From an uncultured virus (IMG/VR IMGVR_UViG_3300020414_000716) (Duplodnaviria > Heunggongvirae > Uroviricota > Caudoviricetes), in IMG/VR virus record IMGVR_UViG_3300020414_000716: DNA of 64,000 bases. One strand, given 5' to 3'. The stretch's first letter is position 1. Each line of letters starts with the position of its first letter. Positions 1 through 10,288 of the stretch are shown here, piece by piece. Under the pieces are notes generated by a model. That model was not told the origin of the DNA. It saw only the letters and a list, made by a program, of their open reading frames with translations, and did not search any database. The translations under genes and the position numbers were made by a program.

Positions 1-906
1 TTTGATTGATTCTATATCTTCTTTCTCTGCACCACCACTTGCGTTAGACGTAGTTGTGATAGTAGAATCAGTATAACCATTTACTGAAGTTACTTGGGAA
101 AAAGTTTTCACTCCATTACAATGAATTGTATCAACAATAATATATGTTGTGTTTATAACATCACCATCATTTAGAGCCGCACCAAGTGTACCGTCACCAA
201 AATAAATTTCTATGAACCCGTCCTCATTTTCCTGAGTGTAAAAAACTTTAGAATCTGTTTTAATATTTGATACGTCTGTTGCAAGTGTATACGCACTTGA
301 AGTTCCACCTGAGTTAACAGAAACTTCTAATCTAGAAGTGTCTACTCTTGAATTTGATAATACAAATTTTGGATTTCCTACTTGATTATCAAAAATAAAT
401 TGGTCTTGTGCATATGTTCCTTGAACTAAAGGAACACTTGAATAGTTATATGTTGTTCCATTCTGAGTTGGTTTAATTGTATTAGGAACTACAAACTGAT
501 AATTGATACCGTCAAAGTTTGTTTCAAAAAGACTACCTCTTTCTAATTGCATTTCAGAAATTGTTGGGGAAGTTCCGTCTGAATTTCTTACATTGTTGAT
601 TGCAATATCTACGATTGCACTTGCACAACTTTCTGATGCAGGTGTAAACCCTAAATCTTTTGCACGGGATACTACGTTCTTTCTGATTTGGGCAGAATCT
701 AAGAACAATTCACTTCCTGCAATGTTTGTGTTTACTGCACCAATATGTGATGCATATGCAAGTAAGTCTACTAGTACTGACATAGTAGAACCTTCGAAGT
801 CATAGTCTTTTAGTTTATCCTGACCTTGAAGATATGCTTTTAAATTGTCTCCTATCTCATCAAAATCTAAATCGGTTACGTTTATTTGTGAACTTTTAAT
901 TGCCAT
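1..906 (-). CDS. gp6: Baseplate wedge subunit gp6 (3' part runs off the window)
   Basis: Manual translation from ATG at 906: MAIKSSQINVTDLDFDEIGDNLKAYLQGQDKLKDYDFEGSTMSVLVDLLAYASH...ELFLDSAQIRKNVVSRAKDLGFTP, the typical gp6 N-terminus; follows gp25. Confidence 0.93.
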   Translation of the reverse strand, partial: MAIKSSQINVTDLDFDEIGDNLKAYLQGQDKLKDYDFEGSTMSVLVDLLAYASHIGAVNTNIAGSELFLDSAQIRKNVVSRAKDLGFTPASESCASAIVDIAINNVRNSDGTSPTISEMQLERGSLFETNFDGINYQFVVPNTIKPTQNGTTYNYSSVPLVQGTYAQDQFIFDNQVGNPKFVLSNSRVDTSRLEVSVNSGGTSSAYTLATDVSNIKTDSKVFYTQENEDGFIEIYFGDGTLGAALNDGDVINTTYIIVDTIHCNGVKTFSQVTSVNGYTDSTITTTSNASGGAEKEDIESIK

Positions 907-907
907 T

Positions 908-1330
908 TTACCTTGCCCTTGTTACTGTTAAATCTAATGATTGATTTGATACACCATTTATAATTGCATAATTTACTTGTAGATTAACTTGGTTAGTATC
1001 CACATCACGAATATGAACTTGAACACCTGTGACTCTAGGTTCAAAAGTTTCAATCATATTTACTATTCTATTTTTTGCTTTTCTTAATTTTCTATCTGTA
1101 TTCAATTCAAATAACAGATTTCTTATAGAACCACCAAAACCTGGCTTGAATGGTCTCTCATAGTTATTGGTTAGAATTATATTTCTGACCGCTCTTTTTA
1201 CTGCATCTGCATCTTTTCTTACAACCACGTCTCCTGTTTGAGGGTGTTTTTTAAAATGTAAGTCTAAATCAGAATATGCATTTTCTGAGATTGCAGTACG
1301 TTTACTAGTAGTGGGGTTACTTATTGCCAT
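908..1330 (-). CDS. gp25: Baseplate wedge subunit gp25
   Basis: YSDLDLHF...AVKRAVRNIILTNNYERPFKPGFG...LLFE...FEPRV motifs. Confidence 0.93.
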   Translation of the reverse strand: MAISNPTTSKRTAISENAYSDLDLHFKKHPQTGDVVVRKDADAVKRAVRNIILTNNYERPFKPGFGGSIRNLLFELNTDRKLRKAKNRIVNMIETFEPRVTGVQVHIRDVDTNQVNLQVNYAIINGVSNQSLDLTVTRAR

Positions 1331-1335
1331 ATATC

Positions 1336-1343
1336 TATTTATA
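1336..1343 (-). promoter_or_regulatory. T4-type late promoter TATAAATA
   Basis: Exact TATAAATA on the minus strand just upstream of gp25. Confidence 0.8.
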
Positions 1344-1367
1344 CATTAACTATTAGATTAGTTTATC

Positions 1368-2897
1368 CTATATTAAAATTAGTGATACATCTTGTCCAGC
1401 TGCTGGTGCAGTAGCAAAAGTAACTGAACCACCAACGATTGATATACCTGATGTTTGTTTTACTCCATCTACAAATACGTTAAGGGAACCAGTTCCAGTG
1501 TTGACACTAAATGCTGTTTTTGTTCCATCTGCAACTTCAAATGATACTCCTGAATCGTCTCCTTTGTCCTGAACATAGTCACTACCTTGTGATACCAATT
1601 CCTTTACACCCATTACACCTGCAATCGTAGGAATGACTGGAAGTTTTGGTGGGAATCCAATTAACTTTAAGAAATCACAAAAAGTAAAGAAGACCCATTC
1701 AAAAATAAATCCTAATCCAATCGCATTAAAAAACTTTTTAACAATCTTAACCCAGTCAAACATTAATTTCTTTTTCCAGTTTTGAACAAAGTCTTTAAAT
1801 GCAAGTTTGAATTCTAAAACTGTTTCTTCAATAGACTGAACTGTAGATTCTATTTTACCACCTATAATTTTTACAATGTCAAATCCAAACAATTTGATTT
1901 CACCAATCGCATCTGTAATAGACTTACTGACACCTTCTAACTCTTCAAGAATTTTTTCTCTTGCTTTACCCTTTGCATTTTTTAAATCTTCAATTAGTTT
2001 ATCCCTTTTTTCTTTGAATGATTTTATTTTTGCATCTATCAATTCACCGACATCTATATCACCACCAATCAATGCACCAAGATTAGGTAAACCTAATAGT
2101 TTCCATATTGGGTCAAAAATACTAATTAGTTTACCAAATGCTTTGTGTAAACCTTGTGTTAAAAATTCTTGTATTTCAGTTTTGATATATTGCCATGTGT
2201 ATTTTGCTTTCCACTCGTCACACTTCGCACCAAACTCTTCATTCCAACCTTGCATATTTGCAGGAAGCATTTTAAAAAACTTATCTACGATTGCACTTTT
2301 TTCTGCAACTAGTTTTTCCATTTCTTTTCTAAACTCTTCTGCAGTTATCTTTCCGTCTTTCAAGTCTTGTTGAAGTTTTTCCAACTTTTTCATATACTCA
2401 GGCCCTAATCCTGAGATTTGGTCTTGAAGTTCTTTTTGATATGCAGGGTCAAAAAGTCTAGTGCAATCTATACTTAAACCAAAAATATCTACCGTCAAAC
2501 TTATGGGTACAATTTTTGAAATAAGTTCTGCAATTTTTGTAGGAATAAAATTATGAAACTCTTGAATGAATTCTGTAATCGCATCATTAGCTTCTTTTTG
2601 CCAGTTACGAACAGTTCCTTTTTTCCAATAAGGACTTAACAGTTCAGATATAGTTTCTATAAAATCTTCAATGTCTTTTATGACTTGTTCGATTTCCTCT
2701 TTTATTTCTGCCTTTAATTCCTTACCCAACTTTACCATTTCAACTCTTAGTTTACTTGGTATTTGTGCGATACTGTTTATAAACTTTACCAACTCTTCTT
2801 TAGTAGGTAAAGAAAATATATCATCAGGTGGACAAGGAAATGAACTAGGGACTTGTACTGTAAATCCTGCTGGAGTTTCTGCTGTTGCTTCAGTCAT
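1368..2897 (-). CDS. Uncharacterised baseplate-associated protein (amphipathic helical body plus C-terminal beta domain)
   Basis: 509-aa ORF coupled to the gp5 stop; C-terminal ADGTKTAF...VFVDGVKQ...VTFATAPAAG resembles phage virion beta-sandwich repeats. Confidence 0.55.
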   Translation of the reverse strand: MTEATAETPAGFTVQVPSSFPCPPDDIFSLPTKEELVKFINSIAQIPSKLRVEMVKLGKELKAEIKEEIEQVIKDIEDFIETISELLSPYWKKGTVRNWQKEANDAITEFIQEFHNFIPTKIAELISKIVPISLTVDIFGLSIDCTRLFDPAYQKELQDQISGLGPEYMKKLEKLQQDLKDGKITAEEFRKEMEKLVAEKSAIVDKFFKMLPANMQGWNEEFGAKCDEWKAKYTWQYIKTEIQEFLTQGLHKAFGKLISIFDPIWKLLGLPNLGALIGGDIDVGELIDAKIKSFKEKRDKLIEDLKNAKGKAREKILEELEGVSKSITDAIGEIKLFGFDIVKIIGGKIESTVQSIEETVLEFKLAFKDFVQNWKKKLMFDWVKIVKKFFNAIGLGFIFEWVFFTFCDFLKLIGFPPKLPVIPTIAGVMGVKELVSQGSDYVQDKGDDSGVSFEVADGTKTAFSVNTGTGSLNVFVDGVKQTSGISIVGGSVTFATAPAAGQDVSLILI

Positions 2898-3901
2898 TAT
2901 GAATTCAGTTTGACAACTGTTCCTATTAATTGTATTTCAGGTGCGACTATAGATAGATTATCTTTAGAGTCTATATCTGTTTTACCACCAACAGTAATTT
3001 TTGCATCACCACCTACAGTTATATTTACCTTACCACCAATATACACTTCTTCGTCTTTACACACTACAGTGTAATTGTCATTTACGACTCTAGTGACTTT
3101 AGAACCATCAGGGTGAATCTCCTCAAAAGTTCCTGACCTATGTTCTATTGCGATTCTTTCAGCACCTAGTGTATCATCTAACTCAAATAAATGACCTGAT
3201 TCTGTAAACAATGCTTTGTTGTATGGATAAACTGGATTTGCAGGAGACTTTATTTCTTTGGATAAAATATCCTTTGGTATACCTCTATCGTCATATGACC
3301 ATAAGTCTTTATCATTTCTTGATTGTGGAGATAGGTCTGACCTATCAGTGTATAATGGATAATATGGTAAATCTTTTTCCGTAAGAGTTGGTTCCTCTAT
3401 TGTAGAACCTTTTGCTTCATAATCTATAGTTCTAGTCTTGTAGATTTTAGGTGCAGTATCTAATGCAGTTGTTAATCCAAACCCCCTTGTCTTTGAATGG
3501 TCGGGATTTTTTCCATCAGGTGTATTATCATATTCACTTACTGTTAATCTTCTAGGGTCATTAAAACCATCGTCAACTTTTCTTTTAATTAATTTTCCAA
3601 GTCCGTCCTGTTTATAACCACCAGCAGGAATTCCTGCAGTAGACCCTATTACTACTGGTAATTGAAATGTCCTTTCATCTTTAAAGAATACAATTACTGT
3701 AGAACCTTCTACTAAACCATGTTGTGTTCCAAACCCCGACAACCCTGCAGAAGTCGTAGGTAACATGACTTGAGCCCATGGTAAATCAGGTGTTGATAAA
3801 TCTGTTTTTGTTTCAGTATGAATTCCATGCACACGAACACGAACCCGTCCTACTTTTAGTGGGTCTTGTCTATCCTCTACTATTCCGTAATAATACTTCA
3901 T
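2897..3901 (-). CDS. gp5: Baseplate hub/spike gp5 without a lysozyme domain
   Basis: GIVEDRQDPLKVGRVRVRVHG OB fold, YPYNK..TESGH..ELDDT..ERI..HRSGT motif, short C-terminal beta-helix repeats. Confidence 0.92.
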   Translation of the reverse strand: MKYYYGIVEDRQDPLKVGRVRVRVHGIHTETKTDLSTPDLPWAQVMLPTTSAGLSGFGTQHGLVEGSTVIVFFKDERTFQLPVVIGSTAGIPAGGYKQDGLGKLIKRKVDDGFNDPRRLTVSEYDNTPDGKNPDHSKTRGFGLTTALDTAPKIYKTRTIDYEAKGSTIEEPTLTEKDLPYYPLYTDRSDLSPQSRNDKDLWSYDDRGIPKDILSKEIKSPANPVYPYNKALFTESGHLFELDDTLGAERIAIEHRSGTFEEIHPDGSKVTRVVNDNYTVVCKDEEVYIGGKVNITVGGDAKITVGGKTDIDSKDNLSIVAPEIQLIGTVVKLNS

Positions 3902-5427
3902 TATTGTTCTTTATCCATATCTATATTTTGTGGATTTGTTGAAGATTCTATCATTTTTTCTAAAGTGTCTTTCTTAATATCTTGTGCAAAACTTTCTTTT
4001 ACGCAATCTAATTGTAAAGAACCTTGACTGGTTTGTACGTTAGCAGTCAAACATGAGTTTACAACTAAGTATCTATTATCACTTATTAAATCTAACGTAG
4101 TAGAATTATCGTCTTGTATTTCAGGTTCAGGTATTACCAGTTCAATTACATTTCCTACAGTTATATCTGTTCGTACTGGAATAATTATCTCAACCATGTT
4201 TTGTTTTAGTAAATGTCGTAATGCAATTCTTTCTAATTTAGAATTGTCTTTAATGTTATCACCTTGAAAAACTTCATCTTTAGAAATGTCATCACTGTTA
4301 TCAAAGTCATGATTAGATGTATGGTCAGCAAGTATAAAATTATCGTATTGTCTGTTTGGTGCAAGATTAAATTGATATGGAACAGTTTTGACTGGTGGAA
4401 ATTCATCTCCTTTAGGATTACCAGTCGTAAATGCTCTTTCTAAATCTTGTCCAGTACTTTCTTGTATCATACTTTCGGTTCTTATTAAAGGTCTTCCTGA
4501 TAAATGTAAAGAACTTCTATTCATAGTATCTTCAATATCATAGAAAAATTCTTTTTGAATTTTTGATACTGAGTCATATGAATATGACGTTGATGCATAT
4601 AATCCTGAATTAGTTCCTTCCATTGTATTGAAAAGTTGTTTTCTTTTCATTGAAAGAATCTGATTTCTACTTTTTTCATCTTTTCCACCTGAAGTTGGTT
4701 TAAATGTAAGTTTATGAACTTCATTTTTCGTTTCTTCATCTTTACGAAACTCTGGCGTTGTTTCACCACTACACATTTGGTCTATTGATTTAAAATGAAA
4801 TCCTCTTGCCATTGTTTGATAAAAAAACATTCCATTTCTCCATGCTGAGTTTGTTCCTTTAAATGCATTCGCCTCAAAGTATTTCAATAAAGTAGACGCT
4901 TTCCAATTTGGACAAACAAATTGATTATTTTCTGTTTCAGTATCTTCCCAATGGTCTATTTTACTTGTTGGGACATTTAACTCTGAGTTCAAGACTTTGA
5001 ATAACATTTCACTATGGGAACCCCTATACACCTTACTTATTCTAGTGGTATCTGATATAAACATTGTTGGGTCGCAAAGTTGCAACTTATATGATTGAAC
5101 AGTTTCTTTAGGGCGTAGATTATCAAATAGTTTATAAACTCTGAAGTTTATATCTACTAAAGGGCCAGAATCATCACCAGTTCCATGTCGTAATGCTATA
5201 CGAATAAACTCTTGACCTGTAAAACGAAAATATTTTAATATATTAACACCGTCTACTAGTCCCAAATCAGCAGTAAGAAAATGTTTGTCGATACTTTCAA
5301 ATATACGAAATCCTGCAGTAACATTAATAAGATTGTTTGACATTCCCTCTTGATTTACTATGTGAATAGCTTCAATAGTAAAAGGAGCTAAGTATTCATC
5401 AATAGAAGTTTGTTCATTAGGGCCCAT
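3901..5427 (-). CDS. Baseplate hub protein (gp27-like)
   Basis: Position between gp53 and gp5; FFYQT..GFHFKSID and ITVGNVIEL..P motifs typical of T4-like hub proteins. Confidence 0.6.
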   Translation of the reverse strand: MGPNEQTSIDEYLAPFTIEAIHIVNQEGMSNNLINVTAGFRIFESIDKHFLTADLGLVDGVNILKYFRFTGQEFIRIALRHGTGDDSGPLVDINFRVYKLFDNLRPKETVQSYKLQLCDPTMFISDTTRISKVYRGSHSEMLFKVLNSELNVPTSKIDHWEDTETENNQFVCPNWKASTLLKYFEANAFKGTNSAWRNGMFFYQTMARGFHFKSIDQMCSGETTPEFRKDEETKNEVHKLTFKPTSGGKDEKSRNQILSMKRKQLFNTMEGTNSGLYASTSYSYDSVSKIQKEFFYDIEDTMNRSSLHLSGRPLIRTESMIQESTGQDLERAFTTGNPKGDEFPPVKTVPYQFNLAPNRQYDNFILADHTSNHDFDNSDDISKDEVFQGDNIKDNSKLERIALRHLLKQNMVEIIIPVRTDITVGNVIELVIPEPEIQDDNSTTLDLISDNRYLVVNSCLTANVQTSQGSLQLDCVKESFAQDIKKDTLEKMIESSTNPQNIDMDKEQ

Positions 5428-5442
5428 TATATTACCTCATTA

Positions 5443-6171
5443 TTAATCATCAGACAACAATCTTGTAATTTCCTTCAAAACTGTTTTTATATTTCGTGGA
5501 CTGATAATTTTAATTTGTCTTTTCTTTTCGTTATCCTCAAATTCTTTTGTAAAGTGTGTTACTGGACTATATCCCGTTCCACCATATGTTCTTTTATTTC
5601 CTGAAGAATCTACATAATGGTGAACTCCGTCTTGTGCGTTTGACACTGAAGATATGGTAAATGATTTTACAACATTACCGTCTTTGTCATGAGAAGATAC
5701 AACTTCTCCCGAATCTATTGTATCCCCTAAAACACATATACTTTTATTTTGTGGGTCTACACTTAAAACACTTGCAGACTTTCCTAAGTTTGTTTTAACT
5801 GTTTCACCAATTAGAAACTTAGAACTCGCAGAAACTATATCAGTTGTATTTGGTGCAACTAAATTTTGACCTTGATATTTTTCATTCATATAGTTTTCAA
5901 AAGTTTCATAATCCATAAACCAATCATAGTAATTATCAAAATCATTAACTAACCAAAACACCCAGTGCAAATCACCATCACCATATAAATTTGTTGCAAG
6001 TACATCAGGTCTTTCACCGTCTTGTATTTCGTACTTTTGATAATCTATTAAACTATCCATTGCATCTTTTTCAATCTTTACTTTACGAAAAAAATCCTTG
6101 ACCCTTACAACTTCTCCCGTATTGAGAGTATATGTCATACTTGGTAAATTTTCAAATAACTTGTTACTCAT
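5443..6171 (-). CDS. gp53: Baseplate wedge gp53
   Basis: YEIQDGERPDVLATNLYGDGDLHWV and YE/FE..NEKKRQIKII motifs. Confidence 0.9.
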   Translation of the reverse strand: MSNKLFENLPSMTYTLNTGEVVRVKDFFRKVKIEKDAMDSLIDYQKYEIQDGERPDVLATNLYGDGDLHWVFWLVNDFDNYYDWFMDYETFENYMNEKYQGQNLVAPNTTDIVSASSKFLIGETVKTNLGKSASVLSVDPQNKSICVLGDTIDSGEVVSSHDKDGNVVKSFTISSVSNAQDGVHHYVDSSGNKRTYGGTGYSPVTHFTKEFEDNEKKRQIKIISPRNIKTVLKEITRLLSDD

Positions 6172-7337
6172 TATCCAACCCCGTCCATCATTTTACGATT
6201 TTCACCAGCACCAATAGAAGCCATAGACTTGATTTTTTTATTTCCAAAAGGAGATATTTCCTGATAAGACTCTTGTGTTAATAGTTTTATTTCTTGAAAT
6301 GATAAACTTAACTTTTGAGATAAGGGAGCACCATTCCCAAAGGTCGTATTATTCCCATGATTAAAATGATTGACACTAGCCTTAGTACAAACCATTGGTA
6401 AAAATCCGTCAAGGTGTTGGGACATAGGCCCTTCCCATTCTACGTCAAAAACATTTGGGAAATTAAAATAATTTTCATCATCATTTACTGCCATATCGCC
6501 AATTTTTTCTCCAAAGGTATCTGGCAACATACAAGTTCTAAATGTATAAATGATATGATTGACCATTATTGCTTCTTCTTCACTTCTTGGCCAAAACTCG
6601 TATTCAAAATCAAACGTTCTAAATGAAAGTCCTTCAAACATTGCTTCCGTCATAGGATTTGCTACACGTCCTTCTCTTACATTTTTAATACCACCTTGTA
6701 AAGAATTTAAAAAAGAATTTAATCCTTGTTGTAATATAGCATTAGCACCAGTGGGTTGTCCTAAGGCGTCAATAAAACCGTCTGCTTTTACATTTTCTAC
6801 AAACTTATCCATTTGTCTTGCACCTAAACCAAAATCTGCATTTCCAAAACTTACAGCAGAATCTGTAGTAAAATCGGGAACGTATAACATAATCTCCACT
6901 GCACTTGCTGGTTTCGAGGGGTCATCCTTATCTCTTGCGAAAGCACCGCCTCCACCAAAAACATTATCTCCATGCGTGATACCTTGTCCTCTTACAGTAT
7001 CCCCTGTATGAGGATTTTTATCACCTTGTTTTAATCTAGGTCTTGCACTAAAAACAAGATAGTTGTCTAATGTATCATGAAGTGGATACATTAATTCAGT
7101 TGCTTGTCCTTGTGGTGGTTTTTTTGCTAATCTTAATCTTTTGGCGTTTGCAGCCAATAGATTACTTTCTCTCTTCCTAGTATCTTGAAGAAGTTTTTGT
7201 GCTTTTTTAGCTTCTTCTCCTAGTTGGTCGGTCACACTGTCATAGTTCAAACTTTGAAGTTTTGACGATATTCCTTTTAAAGAATTTATAGCAGATTTTG
7301 CTTTGTTTACTTTTTTTATTAATTTACTTAGTCCCAT
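6171..7337 (-). CDS. gp48: Baseplate tail tube cap gp48
   Basis: NPMTEAMFEGLSFRTFDFEYEFWPRSEEEA...LSLSFQEIKLLT motifs. Confidence 0.85.
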   Translation of the reverse strand: MGLSKLIKKVNKAKSAINSLKGISSKLQSLNYDSVTDQLGEEAKKAQKLLQDTRKRESNLLAANAKRLRLAKKPPQGQATELMYPLHDTLDNYLVFSARPRLKQGDKNPHTGDTVRGQGITHGDNVFGGGGAFARDKDDPSKPASAVEIMLYVPDFTTDSAVSFGNADFGLGARQMDKFVENVKADGFIDALGQPTGANAILQQGLNSFLNSLQGGIKNVREGRVANPMTEAMFEGLSFRTFDFEYEFWPRSEEEAIMVNHIIYTFRTCMLPDTFGEKIGDMAVNDDENYFNFPNVFDVEWEGPMSQHLDGFLPMVCTKASVNHFNHGNNTTFGNGAPLSQKLSLSFQEIKLLTQESYQEISPFGNKKIKSMASIGAGENRKMMDGVG

Positions 7338-7355
7338 TTCCCTTTTATATCTCCG

Positions 7356-9653
7356 TTAATATGGAAACCCTAATGCTTCCATGTTGATTTGTGGTGTATT
7401 GGGGTTAGTAGCACCACTGCTTGAATCATTGATATTATAGTGTGTAGTTGGAGTATTACTGTTCTGAAGTATTTGATTTATATTACCACCTAAACTGTCA
7501 TATTGCCCTTCGTTTAACTTTTTCAGAAAGTCTGCATTGTTCATCAGAAGGTCTTGATACATACCAACCTCTGTATCCATTCTATCTACTACATCTTCTA
7601 CTGCATGATAACCTCTCATGTGTGCAGATATGTCACCACCATAATCCTCTAAGAATTCATCACCATCATATTTGGCATCTACAACTGCACCTGTAACTGC
7701 AGATGAAATCGCACTTACTCCACCTGCAACCAAACCGACTGTTAATGGAGTAGCTGCACCACCACTAAAAATTGTTGCTGCCCCACCACCAATAATCGCC
7801 CCTACACCACCAGCAATCGCCATCCATTTTGGTTTTGCTACATCTTGCAATTTTTTATTTTCAAGAGCAGCTCTTAAAGCTATAATATCATCAGGGTGAG
7901 CAGCCATTTCAGGAACAAAGTCTTGGTGAGATTCATCCATCATATTAATAGTTTTCTCAATATCATCACTTTGTGCTAAGTTAGCATTTATCTCTTTCCA
8001 ACTCAAATATCCTGATAATCCAAGACCGGCTACACCAAGATATTTTGAGGCGGTCATGCCGAATTGATTGCCTCCAACATTTCTTACTCCTTGAAATTGT
8101 GATGTTTTAAAGGCGTCTCCTACTCCATATTTGAACAACTGGTTTTGAGAGTATCTCATATCAGGGTTCAAGGCAGTAGTAAGTTGAGGATTAAAAATTC
8201 TATTGTAAGCTGCATTTCCAAAGTTATATGCACCTTGTCCTCTTCCAACTATATTCGTACCGTAAGCACCCAATCCAGCAGAAAGTGGGGCATCATAATG
8301 TGGAAGACCAATATCAATAGTATTACCTAATAAATCTATTTGAGTAAATTCACCCCCTTCTGTTCCAAGACCAAGCAGATTCGCCCTATTATCTAGAAGT
8401 GTTCCCCTTTCTTTCTCTCGCATTTCATCACGAAGTTTTTTCATCTCCGCTAATTTTTTTACAACTTCGGGGTCGTCCATTTTTGTTAGGTCTTGTTTCC
8501 CATCAGGGCCTTCTAACAATTTCTTCAATTCTTTGGAGACATCATCATATGACCTTTCGGTATTAACACCTGTTGGGTCAGGTTCAGGTTTACCTAGTAA
8601 TCTTTGAAAGAATTCAGACTTAGCAACTAAATTAACGATACCGACAAGAGCAAGAAGAGCAGCTGCTAATGCTATAAAACCACCAATACCAAGTTTCATA
8701 GTGCTAAAGAACTTCTTAAATTTGCCTTTACCTTTTTCTTGTTCTTCGTTTAATTCTTCTTGGGATTTTTTTGCCTTTTCAGCGTCGTCTTGAGCTTCTT
8801 CACCAAATATTTTTTCACCAACACTTACAAAACCACCAGCAACACTTTTAACTCCCTGAAAAACACTTCCAACTACGTCTCTTAAAGCACCAAACTTTTC
8901 TGCAATAGGGTCAAGAACACCTTCAATGTCAACTAGTCCACCTGTAAGAGTTTTTATTCCACCAGTAAACTTGTCATAGGTTTCAGTATTACTAGCGTCC
9001 TTTAACCTTTCTTTTAATTGTTCATTTGTTTCATTAACAAGAATTTCATCTTCAGCACGTGCCTCTTTACTAAATTTAAGGTCGTCTTCTAATTGTTTTT
9101 CTCTTCTTGCAAGTTCGTCTTTATTAACTGTAACTAAAGCAGCTTCTCTTTGTGATATTTCATTAGAAATTTTTTGGAGTTGTTGAGAAATTTCGACTTG
9201 TTCGTCTGCACTAGCTTTATTGAATTTTTTCTGTTGTTCTTCTTGTTCCTTTCTAAGAGAACCTAAACTTCCTTCACTTTTATCGTTTAAATCTTTTTTT
9301 ATTATGTCTTGACGTTGTTGTATAAGTTTTCTTTCTTCTTCATAAAACTTTTGTTTTAGTACAGCGTCTTTCTTTAAAGATTCTTTATTTCTTTCGGCAG
9401 CTTTTTTAAACTCTTCTGTTTCGAGTTCATCAGCAATTTTTCTTTTTCTTCGCTCAGTAATAAGACCCTTCATTGTATCCTGAGACGAACTAACATTTTC
9501 TGCAACTATTTTTGAAAACTCAGTATTAACTGATTGCATTTGTTCTACAATTTGTTTAAAAGGAGTTCTCAGTCCTTTAGAAGCTTCTTTTACTTCTCTA
9601 GCACTTTCTCTTAATGCTTTGTTGTACTCTTGTATCGGAGTTAAGTCTGCCAT
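7356..9653 (-). CDS. Putative tape measure protein (gp29 position)
   Basis: 765 aa, long N-terminal coiled coil plus Gly/Ala-rich hydrophobic segments; immediately upstream of gp48. Confidence 0.6.
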   Translation of the reverse strand: MADLTPIQEYNKALRESAREVKEASKGLRTPFKQIVEQMQSVNTEFSKIVAENVSSSQDTMKGLITERRKRKIADELETEEFKKAAERNKESLKKDAVLKQKFYEEERKLIQQRQDIIKKDLNDKSEGSLGSLRKEQEEQQKKFNKASADEQVEISQQLQKISNEISQREAALVTVNKDELARREKQLEDDLKFSKEARAEDEILVNETNEQLKERLKDASNTETYDKFTGGIKTLTGGLVDIEGVLDPIAEKFGALRDVVGSVFQGVKSVAGGFVSVGEKIFGEEAQDDAEKAKKSQEELNEEQEKGKGKFKKFFSTMKLGIGGFIALAAALLALVGIVNLVAKSEFFQRLLGKPEPDPTGVNTERSYDDVSKELKKLLEGPDGKQDLTKMDDPEVVKKLAEMKKLRDEMREKERGTLLDNRANLLGLGTEGGEFTQIDLLGNTIDIGLPHYDAPLSAGLGAYGTNIVGRGQGAYNFGNAAYNRIFNPQLTTALNPDMRYSQNQLFKYGVGDAFKTSQFQGVRNVGGNQFGMTASKYLGVAGLGLSGYLSWKEINANLAQSDDIEKTINMMDESHQDFVPEMAAHPDDIIALRAALENKKLQDVAKPKWMAIAGGVGAIIGGGAATIFSGGAATPLTVGLVAGGVSAISSAVTGAVVDAKYDGDEFLEDYGGDISAHMRGYHAVEDVVDRMDTEVGMYQDLLMNNADFLKKLNEGQYDSLGGNINQILQNSNTPTTHYNINDSSSGATNPNTPQINMEALGFPY

Positions 9654-9666
9654 TTATTTTCCTTAG

Positions 9667-10047
9667 TTATTTGCTACCAAATGCTTTACCAGCTTCTGAT
9701 ATACCAAATGCACCTAGTGTTACAACTACAAATGAGGTGTAGATTGTTTCTGAAACTTTTAAATCTACGTCCCACGCAAGTGCAGTCACTAAGTCTGTTA
9801 TACCAAAAATCGTCATTAAGAAAAATGATATGAATCCAATGATTGCCTTTTCATTAATATCATTGTCGTCTAAGAATAGGTCTATGAATTTTCTCTTAGG
9901 TGGTTCAAGACCTGCCTTTGCTTTCTTAGCCTCTTCCTGCATTTCCTTGATTTTGTCTTCCTGTTCGTCCAACTGCTCAAGGAGAGCCATATATTTTTCT
10001 AAATCAATTTCGACTTCGTTTCTACTGTTATCTTTTTCTTCAGCCAT
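9667..10047 (-). CDS. Small membrane protein (coiled coil plus 2 TM, holin-like topology)
   Basis: Hydrophobic segments AIIGFISFFLMTIFGI and IYTSFVVVTLGAFGI. Confidence 0.55.
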   Translation of the reverse strand: MAEEKDNSRNEVEIDLEKYMALLEQLDEQEDKIKEMQEEAKKAKAGLEPPKRKFIDLFLDDNDINEKAIIGFISFFLMTIFGITDLVTALAWDVDLKVSETIYTSFVVVTLGAFGISEAGKAFGSK

Positions 10048-10099
10048 TTTTTATCCTTATATTAAAAATTAAAAAATCACTTCACGAAATCATAGTTTA

Positions 10100-10288
10100 C
10101 TACATACTGTTATTTCTCTGTTTTTGTCTTGCCTTTTCTTCCTCTAAATGGTTAAGCAATAAACCAATATAAATCTCTCTTTCCCAAGGCATCATATCCT
10201 CAATTTCAGTCAATGAGTACTTGTGATGTTGCATTAACTGAAAATTGGTTTGGTAATAATTAACCAAATTTTCATGAGAAAGAGCTAC
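10100..10288 (-). CDS. gp51: Baseplate hub assembly catalyst gp51-like; no evident own start, probably made as a gp26 -1 frameshift extension
   Basis: Not in ORF track. Manual translation VALSHENLVNYYQTNFQLMQHHKYSLTEIEDMMPWEREIYIGLLLNHLEEEKARQKQRNNSM*, matching the gp51 motif NYYxTNFxLMQHHKYSLTExExMxPWER. Confidence 0.85.
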   Translation of the reverse strand, partial: VALSHENLVNYYQTNFQLMQHHKYSLTEIEDMMPWEREIYIGLLLNHLEEEKARQKQRNNSM

